Virus record (IMG/VR): IMGVR_UViG_3300035185_000025
Location: 1 to 64,000 of that record
Source of the DNA: a virus
DNA length: 64,000 bases
Strand: one strand, 5' to 3'
Shown here in pieces: positions 36,925-46,244 of this stretch; within the stretch, counting starts at the first letter, position 1; each line of letters opens with the position of its first letter. Position numbers and translations under genes: made by a program. Under the pieces are notes generated by a model. The model saw nothing but the letters and a program-made list of their open reading frames with translations. It ran no database searches and was not told the origin of the DNA.

Positions 36925-37356
36925 TCACGCCGCCCGTGCGACCTGCAGCTTGCGGCCGCGGATCATCGACAGCATGGTCGCGGTCGTCGAGAACCGCTGG
37001 CGGGGCTCGAACACCTCGCCGGGACCGAGCCCGGACGCCCGGTGATGGCTGAGGCTGACGAGCTTGGCGAGCGGCTGCTCCTCGAGCAGCTTGGCGACCT
37101 CCTCGACGCTGAGCGGGACCTGTGCCCGGGAGCGAAGCGCGGGAACGTCGACGCGCAGTTCCTCGAGCGCGGTCTCGATCCGGGTCATCTGCGCCGTGAG
37201 CTCGAGCATCGCGGCACGCGGATCCAGATCCGCGATCGCGGCCTGAGTCGCGGCGCCGGTAGCCCGGAGCTCGGTCAGAGAGGTCTCGATCTTGTCGAGC
37301 CGAGACTCGACGCTGGTGGGGCTGGACTCGCCCCGGCGATCTTTTTGGCCGGCCAT
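36925..37356 (-). CDS. coiled-coil hypothetical protein
   Basis: AGGAGG RBS; in head-completion run. Confidence 0.65.
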   Translation of the reverse strand: MAGQKDRRGESSPTSVESRLDKIETSLTELRATGAATQAAIADLDPRAAMLELTAQMTRIETALEELRVDVPALRSRAQVPLSVEEVAKLLEEQPLAKLVSLSHHRASGLGPGEVFEPRQRFSTTATMLSMIRGRKLQVARAA

Positions 37357-37360
37357 CGGA

Positions 37361-37603
37361 TCAGCCCTCCTTGGGGTCCGAGTGGTACATGAGCGGCGTC
37401 ATCGCGACCTTCTGGTCGCCGGCCGCCTTCGCGGTGAAGACCGCGCCGTTCTGGTACTCGGCGGACTCGGGGCCCGCGGGAAAGCTGACGAGCCCGGGCG
37501 GGGTCAGTTGCCCGGCGCCGGTCTTCGACTTGGTGAAGGAGTTGGTGGTGCCGCTGCCCTCGATGCCCCGGGAGCCGTCGGTCATGTAGCTGGGCTTCTT
37601 CAT
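37361..37603 (-). CDS. hypothetical protein
   Basis: class A TGGTACGCT-N6-ATG. Confidence 0.6.
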   Translation of the reverse strand: MKKPSYMTDGSRGIEGSGTTNSFTKSKTGAGQLTPPGLVSFPAGPESAEYQNGAVFTAKAAGDQKVAMTPLMYHSDPKEG

Positions 37604-37617
37604 GCGGACAGCGTACC

Positions 37618-37687
37618 AGAAAAGTGGGGGCCGGGCGCTTGGCTGTCCGAGCCGCCACGCCCGACCCCCGTCTGACGATTGCCAGCC
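37618..37687 (-). ncRNA. candidate ~70-nt small RNA or terminated leader
   Basis: class A TGGTACCGT (37702-37694) with no start codon at +1; 12-bp stem then ACTTTT. Confidence 0.4.
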
Positions 37688-37745
37688 GCGCAGACGGTAC
37701 CACAGCGGGCGGGAAGCGGGCGGGCGCGTGATCGGTAGTGCGGGC

Positions 37746-38063
37746 ATGACCAATCAAGAATTCTGCTACTGGCTGCAGGGCTTCTTCGAACTGCGCGCCG
37801 AAAACGATGCGCTAACTGCGACGCAGGTTGAGTGCATCCGCCGCCACACCGACCTCGTCAAAGAGAGCCTCGGCAAGCCTGGCCCGGCGGTGCTCGCCAT
37901 TCGGGCCCTGCTTCCCTACGCAGAGCGGAGCGATGACATCACTCGCGCCGTGCAGTCCATCCTCTCCGATGTATTCGAGCACGTCATCGACCCGCAAGCT
38001 GGCGAAGCGTCCCCGCACCTCAGCCACGTTCACAACCCGGGCGGGCCACTCACCCGCTGCTAG
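37746..38063 (+). CDS. conserved phage hypothetical protein
   Basis: MTNQEFCYWLQGFFEL family pattern; class B start. Confidence 0.8.
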   Translation: MTNQEFCYWLQGFFELRAENDALTATQVECIRRHTDLVKESLGKPGPAVLAIRALLPYAERSDDITRAVQSILSDVFEHVIDPQAGEASPHLSHVHNPGGPLTRC

Positions 38064-38072
38064 GAGCAAGCC

Positions 38073-38360
38073 GTGACCGCCATCCCCAGCACCTACAAGG
38101 ACGCGACCAAGCTCAGCGCCAACGCCCGAGCAGCGCTCGCCGCCGCCAGGCTCGTGTGGGACGGGCTGCCCAAGGGCCCAAGGGCCGCGCTCTCAGAAGC
38201 TGTCCGTTATGCGCACGGGAGGTTCCTCGATACCGGTCGCCGCCGAGACATCCAACGACTCCATGACGAAGGTATCGCCATCGGCGCAAGGGTGACGCCG
38301 CTCGGCGAGTTGGTCCGCGAGGCCGGCACGCGCACCAAGATCGAGGTGTCCGGTGGCTGA
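38073..38360 (+). CDS. hypothetical protein
   Basis: AGGAG RBS. Confidence 0.55.
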   Translation: MTAIPSTYKDATKLSANARAALAAARLVWDGLPKGPRAALSEAVRYAHGRFLDTGRRRDIQRLHDEGIAIGARVTPLGELVREAGTRTKIEVSGG

Positions 38361-39066
38361 GCGCCCGATCCTGTTCAGCGGCCCGCTCGTGCGGTCGATC
38401 CTCGACGGTCGCAAGACCGAGACCCGGCGGCTGGTCACGAAGGGCACGAGCCAGGTCAGCGACGTCGTCGGCGAGCAGGCTCCCTGGTGCGGTCTCGCCG
38501 ATGCGTCCCGCGCTGGCACATCGATCTTGTTGGTCGGATCTGGTGTTGACGGTCACTTCATCGACTGCCGCATCCAGCCAGGCGACGCGCTCTGGGTGCG
38601 TGAGTCGTGGCAGCCGATCGGCGGAAACATCTACGGACCAGCGGGTGTGATGGTTCGCTACTCGGCCGACGGTCATCCGCGCGACTGTACGGGGACGTCC
38701 GACGCGTGGCGAGTGGCGCGCATGAAGAAGTACGGCCTGCACTGGACACGCGTCGGCGGTCAGCACAAGGGGGAGTGGCCCTCGATCCACATGCCGCGGT
38801 GGGCCTCTCGGATCAGCCTGCGGGTGACCGACGTCCGGGCCGAGCGGGTGCAGGAGATCACCGGAGCGAGCGCTCAAGCAGAAGGCGTCTCGCTGCCTGA
38901 CCCCGGTCGAACTGTGGTCATGCCGCGTTCCGCCATAGACGATCTATATGTCGGAAAATTTGAGGAGCTATGGGACCAGATCAACGGCAAGCGCGACGGC
39001 GCTGCGTGGGCCGATGATCCCTGGGTCTGGGTGATCAAGTTCGAGGTCGCCGAGGTGAAGCGATGA
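38353..39066 (+). CDS. ASCH/PUA-like phage protein
   Basis: ERPILFSGPLVRSILDGRKTETRR, GDALWVRE, PSIHMPRWASRI, PWVWVIKF. Confidence 0.85.
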   Translation: MAERPILFSGPLVRSILDGRKTETRRLVTKGTSQVSDVVGEQAPWCGLADASRAGTSILLVGSGVDGHFIDCRIQPGDALWVRESWQPIGGNIYGPAGVMVRYSADGHPRDCTGTSDAWRVARMKKYGLHWTRVGGQHKGEWPSIHMPRWASRISLRVTDVRAERVQEITGASAQAEGVSLPDPGRTVVMPRSAIDDLYVGKFEELWDQINGKRDGAAWADDPWVWVIKFEVAEVKR

Positions 39067-39290
39067 CGCGCCCGCTCGCCGACAGGCTCAACCCGCCGCC
39101 ACGGCCAGCGGCTCCACGAGCGAACCGCGAACGCAAGGCTCGTGACCGCGGCGAGGCGATCGAGCCACGTCCGGCAACGCTCCGAGCGATCGAGGAGATC
39201 TCGACATTCAAGACCGTCGCGGACATGCTCGCGTCGGACCACGCGTCGAGCGGACCGCGCTGGTGGGACTGCAAGGCAGGCGCCGAGTGA
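39063..39290 (+). CDS. hypothetical protein
   Basis: ATGA coupling. Confidence 0.45.
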   Translation: MTRPLADRLNPPPRPAAPRANRERKARDRGEAIEPRPATLRAIEEISTFKTVADMLASDHASSGPRWWDCKAGAE

Positions 39291-39408
39291 CCGTCCTGCG
39301 AGCGATCATCGGGCTCGTGCTCGGCTGCGCTTCGTTCGGCGTCGTCATGCTGCTCGTTGCGGCGGCAGTCGTTGTCGGCCGGATCCTCGAGATCGTCTCG
39401 GTGATCCC

Positions 39409-41031
39409 GTGAAGCTCCGCGACTACCAGCGCGAGGCCAAGCGCGAGTGCTTGCGCGCGCTCGAGCACAACCGCAGCGCGCTCGTCGCGATGCCGACCGG
39501 GTCCGGCAAGACCGTCACGTTCGCCGACCTCGTCAGGACAGGAGTCGAGCACGGCAGGCGGATCCTCGTGCTCGCTCACCGCGAGGAACTGCTCGACCAG
39601 GCCGCCGAGAAGATCGCTCTCGTCGCTGGCTGTCCAGTTGTGATCGAGCAGGGCTCGCGCAAGCAGGCCGGCGCGGATGACCACGTCGTGATCGCCAGCG
39701 TTTTCTCGATGATCAAGCGGCTCGACAGGTTCGGCGCCGACCGGTTCGATCTCGTTATCGTGGACGAATCGCACCGCGCGCTGGCCCAGACCTATCGAGA
39801 CCTGCTCGACCACTTCGCCGGGGCGAAGGTCCTGGGCTTCACGGCGACTCCGAACCGAGGCGACGAGAAGGCGCTCGCGCAGGTATTCGACACCGTCGCC
39901 TACGACATGACGATCGGCGACGCGATCGGCCTCGGCTGGCTCGTCCCGATCAGGTCGCGGTCGATCAAGCTGCGGTCTCTCGATCTGTCGAAGGTGCGCA
40001 AGCGCCAGGGCGAGCTCGCGGCCGGGGAGCTCGGCACGGTCATGTCCGAGATCGCCGTGCTGCGCGAGGCGATCGTGCCTGCCGTCGAGATTGCCGGGGA
40101 GCTGCAGGCGATCGTGTTCACCGTCACACGGGCGCACATGCACTGCGTGGCGGAGACGATTCGGCGCGTCTCCGAGGAGCGCGCGCTCGAGTTGCCGATC
40201 GCGTGCGTCGACGGGACCACGCCGAAGGACGAGCGCCGCCGGATCATGGCGGACTTCCGGGCCCGCAAGATCCGCTGGCTGATCAACGTCGAGGTCGCGA
40301 CCGAGGGATTCGACGCGCCGGCTGTCGAGGCCGTGATCTTTCTGCGGCCGACGCTAAGCCGGGCGCTGTACCTGCAGATGGGCGGGCGCGGGACTCGTCC
40401 GCTGCCTGGCGTCGTGGACGGGCTCGGCTCGCCTGACGAGCGCAGGGCCGCGATCGCGGCGTCGACCAAGCCGCATTGCCTGTGGCTCGACTTCACCGAC
40501 AACACCTCGCGGCACGACCTCGCCTCGCCGATGGACCTGCTCGGCGGTGACTACGATCTGCCCGAGCAGCGTGAGGCTGAGCGCCTGCTCGCGGCGGGCA
40601 AGGCTGACGATCTGCTCACCGCGCTCGAGATGGCGCGCGCCGCCCGAGCCGCGGTGCTCGTCGAAGCCTGCGCGCGGGCCGGGGATCCGCTCGCGCTGTT
40701 CGGGATCACGTGCTCGAAGGACCGCTGGTCCAGGCCGGCGACGCCGAAGCAGCTTGCGGCGCTCGGGCCCATGCCGCGGCGCCTCGACTTCCGCGAGTCA
40801 AACGCCGTGCTCGCAGAGATCGGCAGGCGAAAGCGCGAGGGCCTGGCGCTCTACGAGCAGCTCGCCGTGCTCGCGCGGCCGAAGATCCGCCACGAGATCG
40901 AGCCGCTACGGACGATGTCGCGGCGCGATGCTTCGTCGCTCGTGCGGACGCTGGCGGATCGGTACTGGCTCGCCGACTGCGGGTGGGAGCGGATCTACGA
41001 CCTGGCCGGGCTCGTGCCGCCGGGAAGCTGA
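39409..41031 (+). CDS. SF2 DExH helicase (ResIII/RadD-Irc3-like)
   Basis: LRDYQ, MPTGSGKT, DESH, TATP, TEGFD, QMGGRGTR. Confidence 0.92.
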   Translation: MKLRDYQREAKRECLRALEHNRSALVAMPTGSGKTVTFADLVRTGVEHGRRILVLAHREELLDQAAEKIALVAGCPVVIEQGSRKQAGADDHVVIASVFSMIKRLDRFGADRFDLVIVDESHRALAQTYRDLLDHFAGAKVLGFTATPNRGDEKALAQVFDTVAYDMTIGDAIGLGWLVPIRSRSIKLRSLDLSKVRKRQGELAAGELGTVMSEIAVLREAIVPAVEIAGELQAIVFTVTRAHMHCVAETIRRVSEERALELPIACVDGTTPKDERRRIMADFRARKIRWLINVEVATEGFDAPAVEAVIFLRPTLSRALYLQMGGRGTRPLPGVVDGLGSPDERRAAIAASTKPHCLWLDFTDNTSRHDLASPMDLLGGDYDLPEQREAERLLAAGKADDLLTALEMARAARAAVLVEACARAGDPLALFGITCSKDRWSRPATPKQLAALGPMPRRLDFRESNAVLAEIGRRKREGLALYEQLAVLARPKIRHEIEPLRTMSRRDASSLVRTLADRYWLADCGWERIYDLAGLVPPGS

Positions 41032-41056
41032 CGGCGGCGCGGGCGGTAGCCATCGC

Positions 41057-41692
41057 ATGGAACACGACCTCGAACCGTCGGCCACCGTCACCATCACCCT
41101 GACGAGCTTTGGCAGGCATATCGTCGCCAAGCACTACAGCAGCCCCGAGTGGGACGCAGATCCTCGACGCGACGGGTTGCGGTCTCAGAAGATCCACATG
41201 CCTCTGTGGGAGGCGTTCGCCGTTTTCGGACCGCACATCAAGGGCAGCAACGCGTTGCCAGTGGCCTACCTGTCGGTCCCGTTGCCGGAGGACCCGCTCG
41301 TCGATGGGTTGCGGGTAGAAAACACGTCGCTTGCGCTGGACGCAAAGCGTCGGCTCCGGCTGCTCAGGATGCTCGGCAAGGACATCGGGCTCGGCGACCT
41401 CGACTACTGCTCGCCGGAGGATGTCGAGCGGCGCGTCGAGGGCTACGTCGAAGCGCAGATCCCTCGCATCCCAACTGCCAGCGGACTCTGGTTCTACGGC
41501 GACCGCGTCGTCGAGGTCCTCGACATCGAGCCTGGCTCCGGCGCCGACGGGTTGTTCGTCAAGCTGCGCAACGGCAGGCGCAAGCGCGTCGACCAGATGA
41601 ACGCGAACCTCTGGCTCGGGCCGGCGAGGGTCGACCACCGGATCCCGAAGCTCGAAGCGGACGCGGACAACGACGAGGACATCCCGTTCTGA
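41057..41692 (+). CDS. hypothetical protein with acidic DEDIPF tail
   Basis: class B start. Confidence 0.7.
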   Translation: MEHDLEPSATVTITLTSFGRHIVAKHYSSPEWDADPRRDGLRSQKIHMPLWEAFAVFGPHIKGSNALPVAYLSVPLPEDPLVDGLRVENTSLALDAKRRLRLLRMLGKDIGLGDLDYCSPEDVERRVEGYVEAQIPRIPTASGLWFYGDRVVEVLDIEPGSGADGLFVKLRNGRRKRVDQMNANLWLGPARVDHRIPKLEADADNDEDIPF

Positions 41693-41994
41693 TGAGCCTG
41701 CGCGCCGACGAGACGATCGCCGTGCTGGTCTACGACGGCACGGTGATCTCCGCGCACATGCGAGGACGGCACCGAGACGGCAAGCCCGTCGTCGCGTTCG
41801 GCCGCCGCTGGCGAGTCGTGCAGATCAAGCCGACCGACGGCGCGCGCCTCGTCGAACTGCGGGCTGAGCCGAGCGAGCGGCCGCTCATGTGCTCGGCGTG
41901 CGGGTCCTTCGACGTCGATCAGCCCGACATCGGCGGCGCGTTCGAGTGCTCGGAGTGCCCGCGTCGTGGGCCCGGCAACGGCGTGCTGCTGTGA
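41692..41994 (+). CDS. zinc-ribbon protein
   Basis: CSACG...CSEC; TGATG coupling. Confidence 0.55.
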   Translation: MSLRADETIAVLVYDGTVISAHMRGRHRDGKPVVAFGRRWRVVQIKPTDGARLVELRAEPSERPLMCSACGSFDVDQPDIGGAFECSECPRRGPGNGVLL

Positions 41995-42030
41995 CGGGAA
42001 GCGCCCGGGCTCGGGCGAGGTAGATCCGGC

Positions 42031-42333
42031 ATGAGCACGAAGCCAGACCCGGCCACCGTCAGTGCAGAGTCACCCAAGGGCCGCGAACGCATCGCGCGGA
42101 TCCACACAAGGATCGATTTCCTCGGGACGTGCGATGGCTACATCGCCAAGGCCGAGGCGTCGGCACTTCGATGGGCGCTCGCTCGGCTCGACTTCCTCGA
42201 GAACCGCGCGCCGAAGATCTCGCAGGCCGCCGCCGCTGACATCATCGAGGCTTGGCGCGTCGACTCGGTCGAGGACCACAACGGCCGGCCGGTGCTCGAC
42301 GGGCTCGACCTCGACGCGCTGGGGATCGGCTGA
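42031..42333 (+). CDS. hypothetical protein
   Basis: class B start. Confidence 0.65.
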   Translation: MSTKPDPATVSAESPKGRERIARIHTRIDFLGTCDGYIAKAEASALRWALARLDFLENRAPKISQAAAADIIEAWRVDSVEDHNGRPVLDGLDLDALGIG

Positions 42334-42480
42334 TGGACGCGCAGGCCCGCGCGCGGATCGAACTAGCGCTGGAAACCGACCGCGACCATGCGGTAAAAGT
42401 GGAGAGCCCCAGCAGTGTCAGCTGCCGAGGCTCGGACCGGCACGCGGCCGGATCGACAACCCGAGGAAGGAAGGGCCGCC

Positions 42481-42969
42481 GTGCCCGAAGAACATAGCCC
42501 CGCGCAGGCTCACCGCGCAACACCAACCGGCGATCTGGAGCCGGTGAATCCTCTGCTTCCTTGCGGGCACCGCAAGCTTGCAGGATGCTCTGGATGCGAA
42601 CCGTCGCCTCACGACCCGGCGACAGCAGAGGCGCTGCTTGAGGCGGGATTCTCCAACGACGCCGACCTCGGGCTCGCCGTTCGCCTGTTGGTCACCGAGA
42701 TCGGGATGACCGATTTCTATATCGGATGGGTCTGGGAGATCGTGTTTGGCCATCGAGCGATGCCGACGAAGGCCGAGAGCTTCTCGGTTGGCCCGCGCCG
42801 GACAGCGCTCAAGCGCATCGCCGCCATGTGCTCGCGCGTCGAGTGGCCCTGGCAGAAAGATCTCCCAGAAGGCGTGGAGGTCGCCGTGAGTGACAGGTCA
42901 AACCGACGCTGTCCTCACCTTGTGTTCCACAACCTGCTCGGGTGGCGAGGCGGTGGGGTTCATGACTAG
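42481..42969 (+). CDS. hypothetical protein
   Basis: purine-rich upstream; start uncertain. Confidence 0.5.
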   Translation: MPEEHSPAQAHRATPTGDLEPVNPLLPCGHRKLAGCSGCEPSPHDPATAEALLEAGFSNDADLGLAVRLLVTEIGMTDFYIGWVWEIVFGHRAMPTKAESFSVGPRRTALKRIAAMCSRVEWPWQKDLPEGVEVAVSDRSNRRCPHLVFHNLLGWRGGGVHD

Positions 42970-44017
42970 GCCAGATTGGTGCCCGACGATGCCGCCGTGG
43001 GTCCGCCGGATCCCAGTCGGACGCGGGCGAGATCTCAACGTGACCGCCAGGACCGTGATCGAAGGGCTGTGGTTTTGCGCGCCCGTCTCACGTAGCGGCG
43101 CGATGTTCTCCGGCCCTGTCGATCTCGGCCGGTGGACACCATCTGCGTCCGAGCTTGCGGAGGCAAACGGGCTCAGCCAGGTCAGCGCAAAGAAGGGTTT
43201 GGCGCTTGCGATCTCTGTGGGCTGGGTTACGCGACGAGGCCGATCGCTCGTGCTCGCGTGGGAGTCGCCAGGCAACTTCGGTGATCTTGCGAGGATCCTC
43301 GAGGATCCTCTCAAGGATCCTCTGGGATCCGACGGATCCTCGAGGATCCGGATCCTCGAGGATCCGTCGGAGGATCCTCGGGTAACCGGCCTCGGATCCT
43401 CGGGTAACCGGCCTCGGATCCTCGAGGATCCTTCCATTTTAACTACCCCGCTACCCCAAGCTACCCCACTACCCCAAACGCGCGAGACGTCGATCTCTGG
43501 TGAGCAGTTCGCGCTGATCCCACAGGTGCCCGATCCGGAGCGTGACGCGATCACCGACGCGAAGCTCCGCGCCTGGTGGGCGGAGATCTTCGTGCCGCTC
43601 CGGGCCTCGACCCTCGACGCCTACCGGCCGGGAACCGCGCAACCGATCGCCTGCTCGCCCTCGCGGCTCAAGGCGATCCGTGCGAGGCTCGTCGAGACAT
43701 GCCCCGACGAGACCTGGACCGAGCAGCGCGCGCGCCTGACCCACGTGGTTCGAAACGCAGCCGCACGAGTCCACGAGCACGCGGGGGCCGAGACCTCGTG
43801 GGGCTGGAGTTCGCTCGACGCGATCCAGCCGAAGCACTGGACCGCCGAGAAGAACTTCACGCGGTACTACGAGGCTCCGCCGTCTGACCAAGCCGCCGGG
43901 AAGCAAGCGCCAGACGTCGAAGTCATCGGTGGCGTGGTCCAATACCCACGAGCAGACGGCACCGACTGGGGCACCGCGACGGCCTACGGGGATCCGGCCC
44001 GGAGGCGTCCTCGATGA
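42962..44017 (+). CDS. replication initiator (lambda O-like architecture)
   Basis: N-terminal HTH (PSASELAEANGLSQVSAKKGL), repeat-rich linker, directly upstream of DnaB. Confidence 0.75.
   Translation: MTRPDWCPTMPPWVRRIPVGRGRDLNVTARTVIEGLWFCAPVSRSGAMFSGPVDLGRWTPSASELAEANGLSQVSAKKGLALAISVGWVTRRGRSLVLAWESPGNFGDLARILEDPLKDPLGSDGSSRIRILEDPSEDPRVTGLGSSGNRPRILEDPSILTTPLPQATPLPQTRETSISGEQFALIPQVPDPERDAITDAKLRAWWAEIFVPLRASTLDAYRPGTAQPIACSPSRLKAIRARLVETCPDETWTEQRARLTHVVRNAAARVHEHAGAETSWGWSSLDAIQPKHWTAEKNFTRYYEAPPSDQAAGKQAPDVEVIGGVVQYPRADGTDWGTATAYGDPARRRPR
43291..43478. repeat. putative replication origin: 12 GGATCC, 44-bp palindrome, 22-bp tandem, AT patch, 4x CTACCCC
   Basis: direct reading; inside the initiator gene. 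Confidence 0.75.
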
Positions 44018-45537
44018 GCGACCAAGGTCTCCCCAACAACCCTGCGGCCGAGCTCGCCTGCATCGCGGCGATCTACGCTCGAGGGATCCCAGGTCTCGAC
44101 ACGGTGGTCGCCGAGGTGCGCGACGCCGAGGCGTTCTTCGTGCCCCGCAACCGGGCGCTGTTCGCCGCCATGCTGGCCTGCGCAGACGCGGCCGAGCCGA
44201 TCGCCGACCAACAGATCTTGAGCGAGCTTCGGCGCCTCGGTGAGTTCGATCGAGTTGGCGGCGAGTCGGCGATCGCCTACATGCGATCGGGGATCACGAC
44301 GAGGACCGAGGACGCGGCGAGGGCCGTGCGTCGCGACTACCTCCGGCGGCAGTTGTTCACGCAGCTTCGCGAGGTCTCGGAGCTGCCGCTGCGGAGCGAC
44401 AACGTCGGCGAGTCGATCGCCGCCGTGCGTCAGGTGCTCGACAGGCTCGAGCGCGACCAGGCGCAGCTCCGGGTGTCGATCCGAGAGGCCGTCGCGGAGA
44501 CGCGCACGGAGCTCTACGCGGACCCATCGGAGGCGACTGGGCATGTACCCATCGGCTTCGACTCCGTCGACTCCTACGCCGGCGTGAGCGAGCCTGGGGA
44601 CCTCGTGATCCTGGCCGGCGAGTCGGGCACCGGGAAGACGGCGGCGCTGCTGTCGTGGATCCGAAACGGCGTGCTCTCGTGGAACCGCGAGTCGGAGCGG
44701 TACCGACCTCGACAGATCCAGATCCCGGCGCTCATGTTCTCGGGCGAGATGCTTCTCCCGAAGCTCGTGCGGCGATGGTTGTCCGACATGGCGCAGATCG
44801 ACGGCCGCGATCTGCGAGGTCGTCTCGACGCTGGCTGGCTCGAGTCTCGACGCGACGGCAAGACGCACCGGCAGATCGTGGAGCGCGAGCTCGACCTGCT
44901 CGCCGCCTGCGAGATCGAACTGACCAGGCCGGAGGCTTCGACCGAGATCGACGGGATCGCTGCGATCTCCAGGGCGTGGCGCGCGACGAAGGTGGCGAAG
45001 TACGGCGCGAGCTCACCGGGTTTGATCGGCGTCGACTTCTTGCAGCTCGTAGAGCCGCCGTCCGGCCTGCCGCGCAACGCTCGGAGCGACGAGCGCGAGG
45101 AGGCGAAGGCGAAGTCGCTCAAGCGGCTTGCGATGTCGACGGGCACGGTGGTCACGGCGCTCTCGCAGCTCACGGTTCCGACTGGCCGAGAAGGCGAGCG
45201 CCCGAAGGTATCGTGGCTGCGCGGGAGCAAGGGGATCCGCAACGCCGCGGACAGGATCTACCTGCTCCACAGGCCGTGGATCCACGACAACAACGTCGAC
45301 GACCGCGAGGCCGAATACCAGCGCCTTCGTGGGCTGTACAACGAGGGCCGACTCGGCGATCAGGCCAAGCGCTTCCACGGGCTCGAGCGCGCGCGGCACT
45401 ACGCCGAGTTGGGGATCGCCAAGGGTCGAGACGGCGCGGCGTTCCGCTGGCTGCCGCTGGACTTCGCGCCCGAGTACACGCGCTTCCTGGACCGGCGCGG
45501 AAGCGACGACTACGCCGGAGGGTACGACGGCCGATGA
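44014..45537 (+). CDS. dnaB: replicative DNA helicase
   Basis: N-domain FFVPRNRALF, GESGTGKT, FSGEM, VDFLQL, ALSQL, LRGS..I...AD, AKGRDG. Confidence 0.92.
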   Translation: MSDQGLPNNPAAELACIAAIYARGIPGLDTVVAEVRDAEAFFVPRNRALFAAMLACADAAEPIADQQILSELRRLGEFDRVGGESAIAYMRSGITTRTEDAARAVRRDYLRRQLFTQLREVSELPLRSDNVGESIAAVRQVLDRLERDQAQLRVSIREAVAETRTELYADPSEATGHVPIGFDSVDSYAGVSEPGDLVILAGESGTGKTAALLSWIRNGVLSWNRESERYRPRQIQIPALMFSGEMLLPKLVRRWLSDMAQIDGRDLRGRLDAGWLESRRDGKTHRQIVERELDLLAACEIELTRPEASTEIDGIAAISRAWRATKVAKYGASSPGLIGVDFLQLVEPPSGLPRNARSDEREEAKAKSLKRLAMSTGTVVTALSQLTVPTGREGERPKVSWLRGSKGIRNAADRIYLLHRPWIHDNNVDDREAEYQRLRGLYNEGRLGDQAKRFHGLERARHYAELGIAKGRDGAAFRWLPLDFAPEYTRFLDRRGSDDYAGGYDGR

Positions 45538-45935
45538 CCACCGCGACCGCGCCGCCGGCCGAGCTTCGGGCGCGTGCCCTGATGGAGCTGTGCGCCGACT
45601 TCATCGAGCGGGCCGAGGCCAAGGCGAGGTCCGGCGACGGCGACGATGATCGGCGGCTGAGCTTCCTCGTGGCCCTCGACGAGCTTCGGCGCGTCGCGGA
45701 GCGTCGCCCGCTACGACAGGCACCTCCAGGCGCCAACCACCGACACGCTGCCGTGGACAAGTTCGCCCGGATGGCCAGGGCGTCGCTCGACTCCGTCGCC
45801 GAGCGCACCCGAGAGCTCGAATGGAGGCACGCGGCGCTCGAGCTGGATCTCGCCAGGACATCGTCTGTGCTCGAACGCCGCATCCGGGACCACCGTCGGG
45901 CTCGACGCCTGCTGAGGGCAGGATCCACGTCTTGA
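45534..45935 (+). CDS. hypothetical protein
   Basis: ATGA coupling to dnaB. Confidence 0.55.
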   Translation: MTTATAPPAELRARALMELCADFIERAEAKARSGDGDDDRRLSFLVALDELRRVAERRPLRQAPPGANHRHAAVDKFARMARASLDSVAERTRELEWRHAALELDLARTSSVLERRIRDHRRARRLLRAGSTS

Positions 45936-45971
45936 AATCTTCTACGACTCGCGCAACCCTACGGGTGCGCC

Positions 45972-46244
45972 ATGCCGACCCGCCTCACCAGCACCAAGCT
46001 TGCGACCGTCGGACGACGGTGGTCGACGGCCGTCCGAACGGAACTCGGTCGGCAGAGCAAGACGCTCACCGATGTCGCCAAGTCTGCCGGAGTCACGCGC
46101 CAATACCTGGGCCGCGTGCTCGACGGTCGGACACCCACCCTACCCGTCGAGACCTACCTCGCTGTCTGCAAGGCGCTCTCGATCGACCCTAACCGCTACG
46201 CCAAGATCGACAGGAGTACACCGCCATGGGAGTCATCCAAATGA
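45972..46244 (+). CDS. XRE/Cro-like HTH regulator
   Basis: TLTDVAKSAGVTRQYLGRVLDG...VCKALSI. Confidence 0.85.
   Translation: MPTRLTSTKLATVGRRWSTAVRTELGRQSKTLTDVAKSAGVTRQYLGRVLDGRTPTLPVETYLAVCKALSIDPNRYAKIDRSTPPWESSK

Noticed and set aside
43291-43435. Repeat cluster considered as a CRISPR array
   Set aside because: No unique spacers of constant length and no cas genes; it lies in frame inside the initiator.
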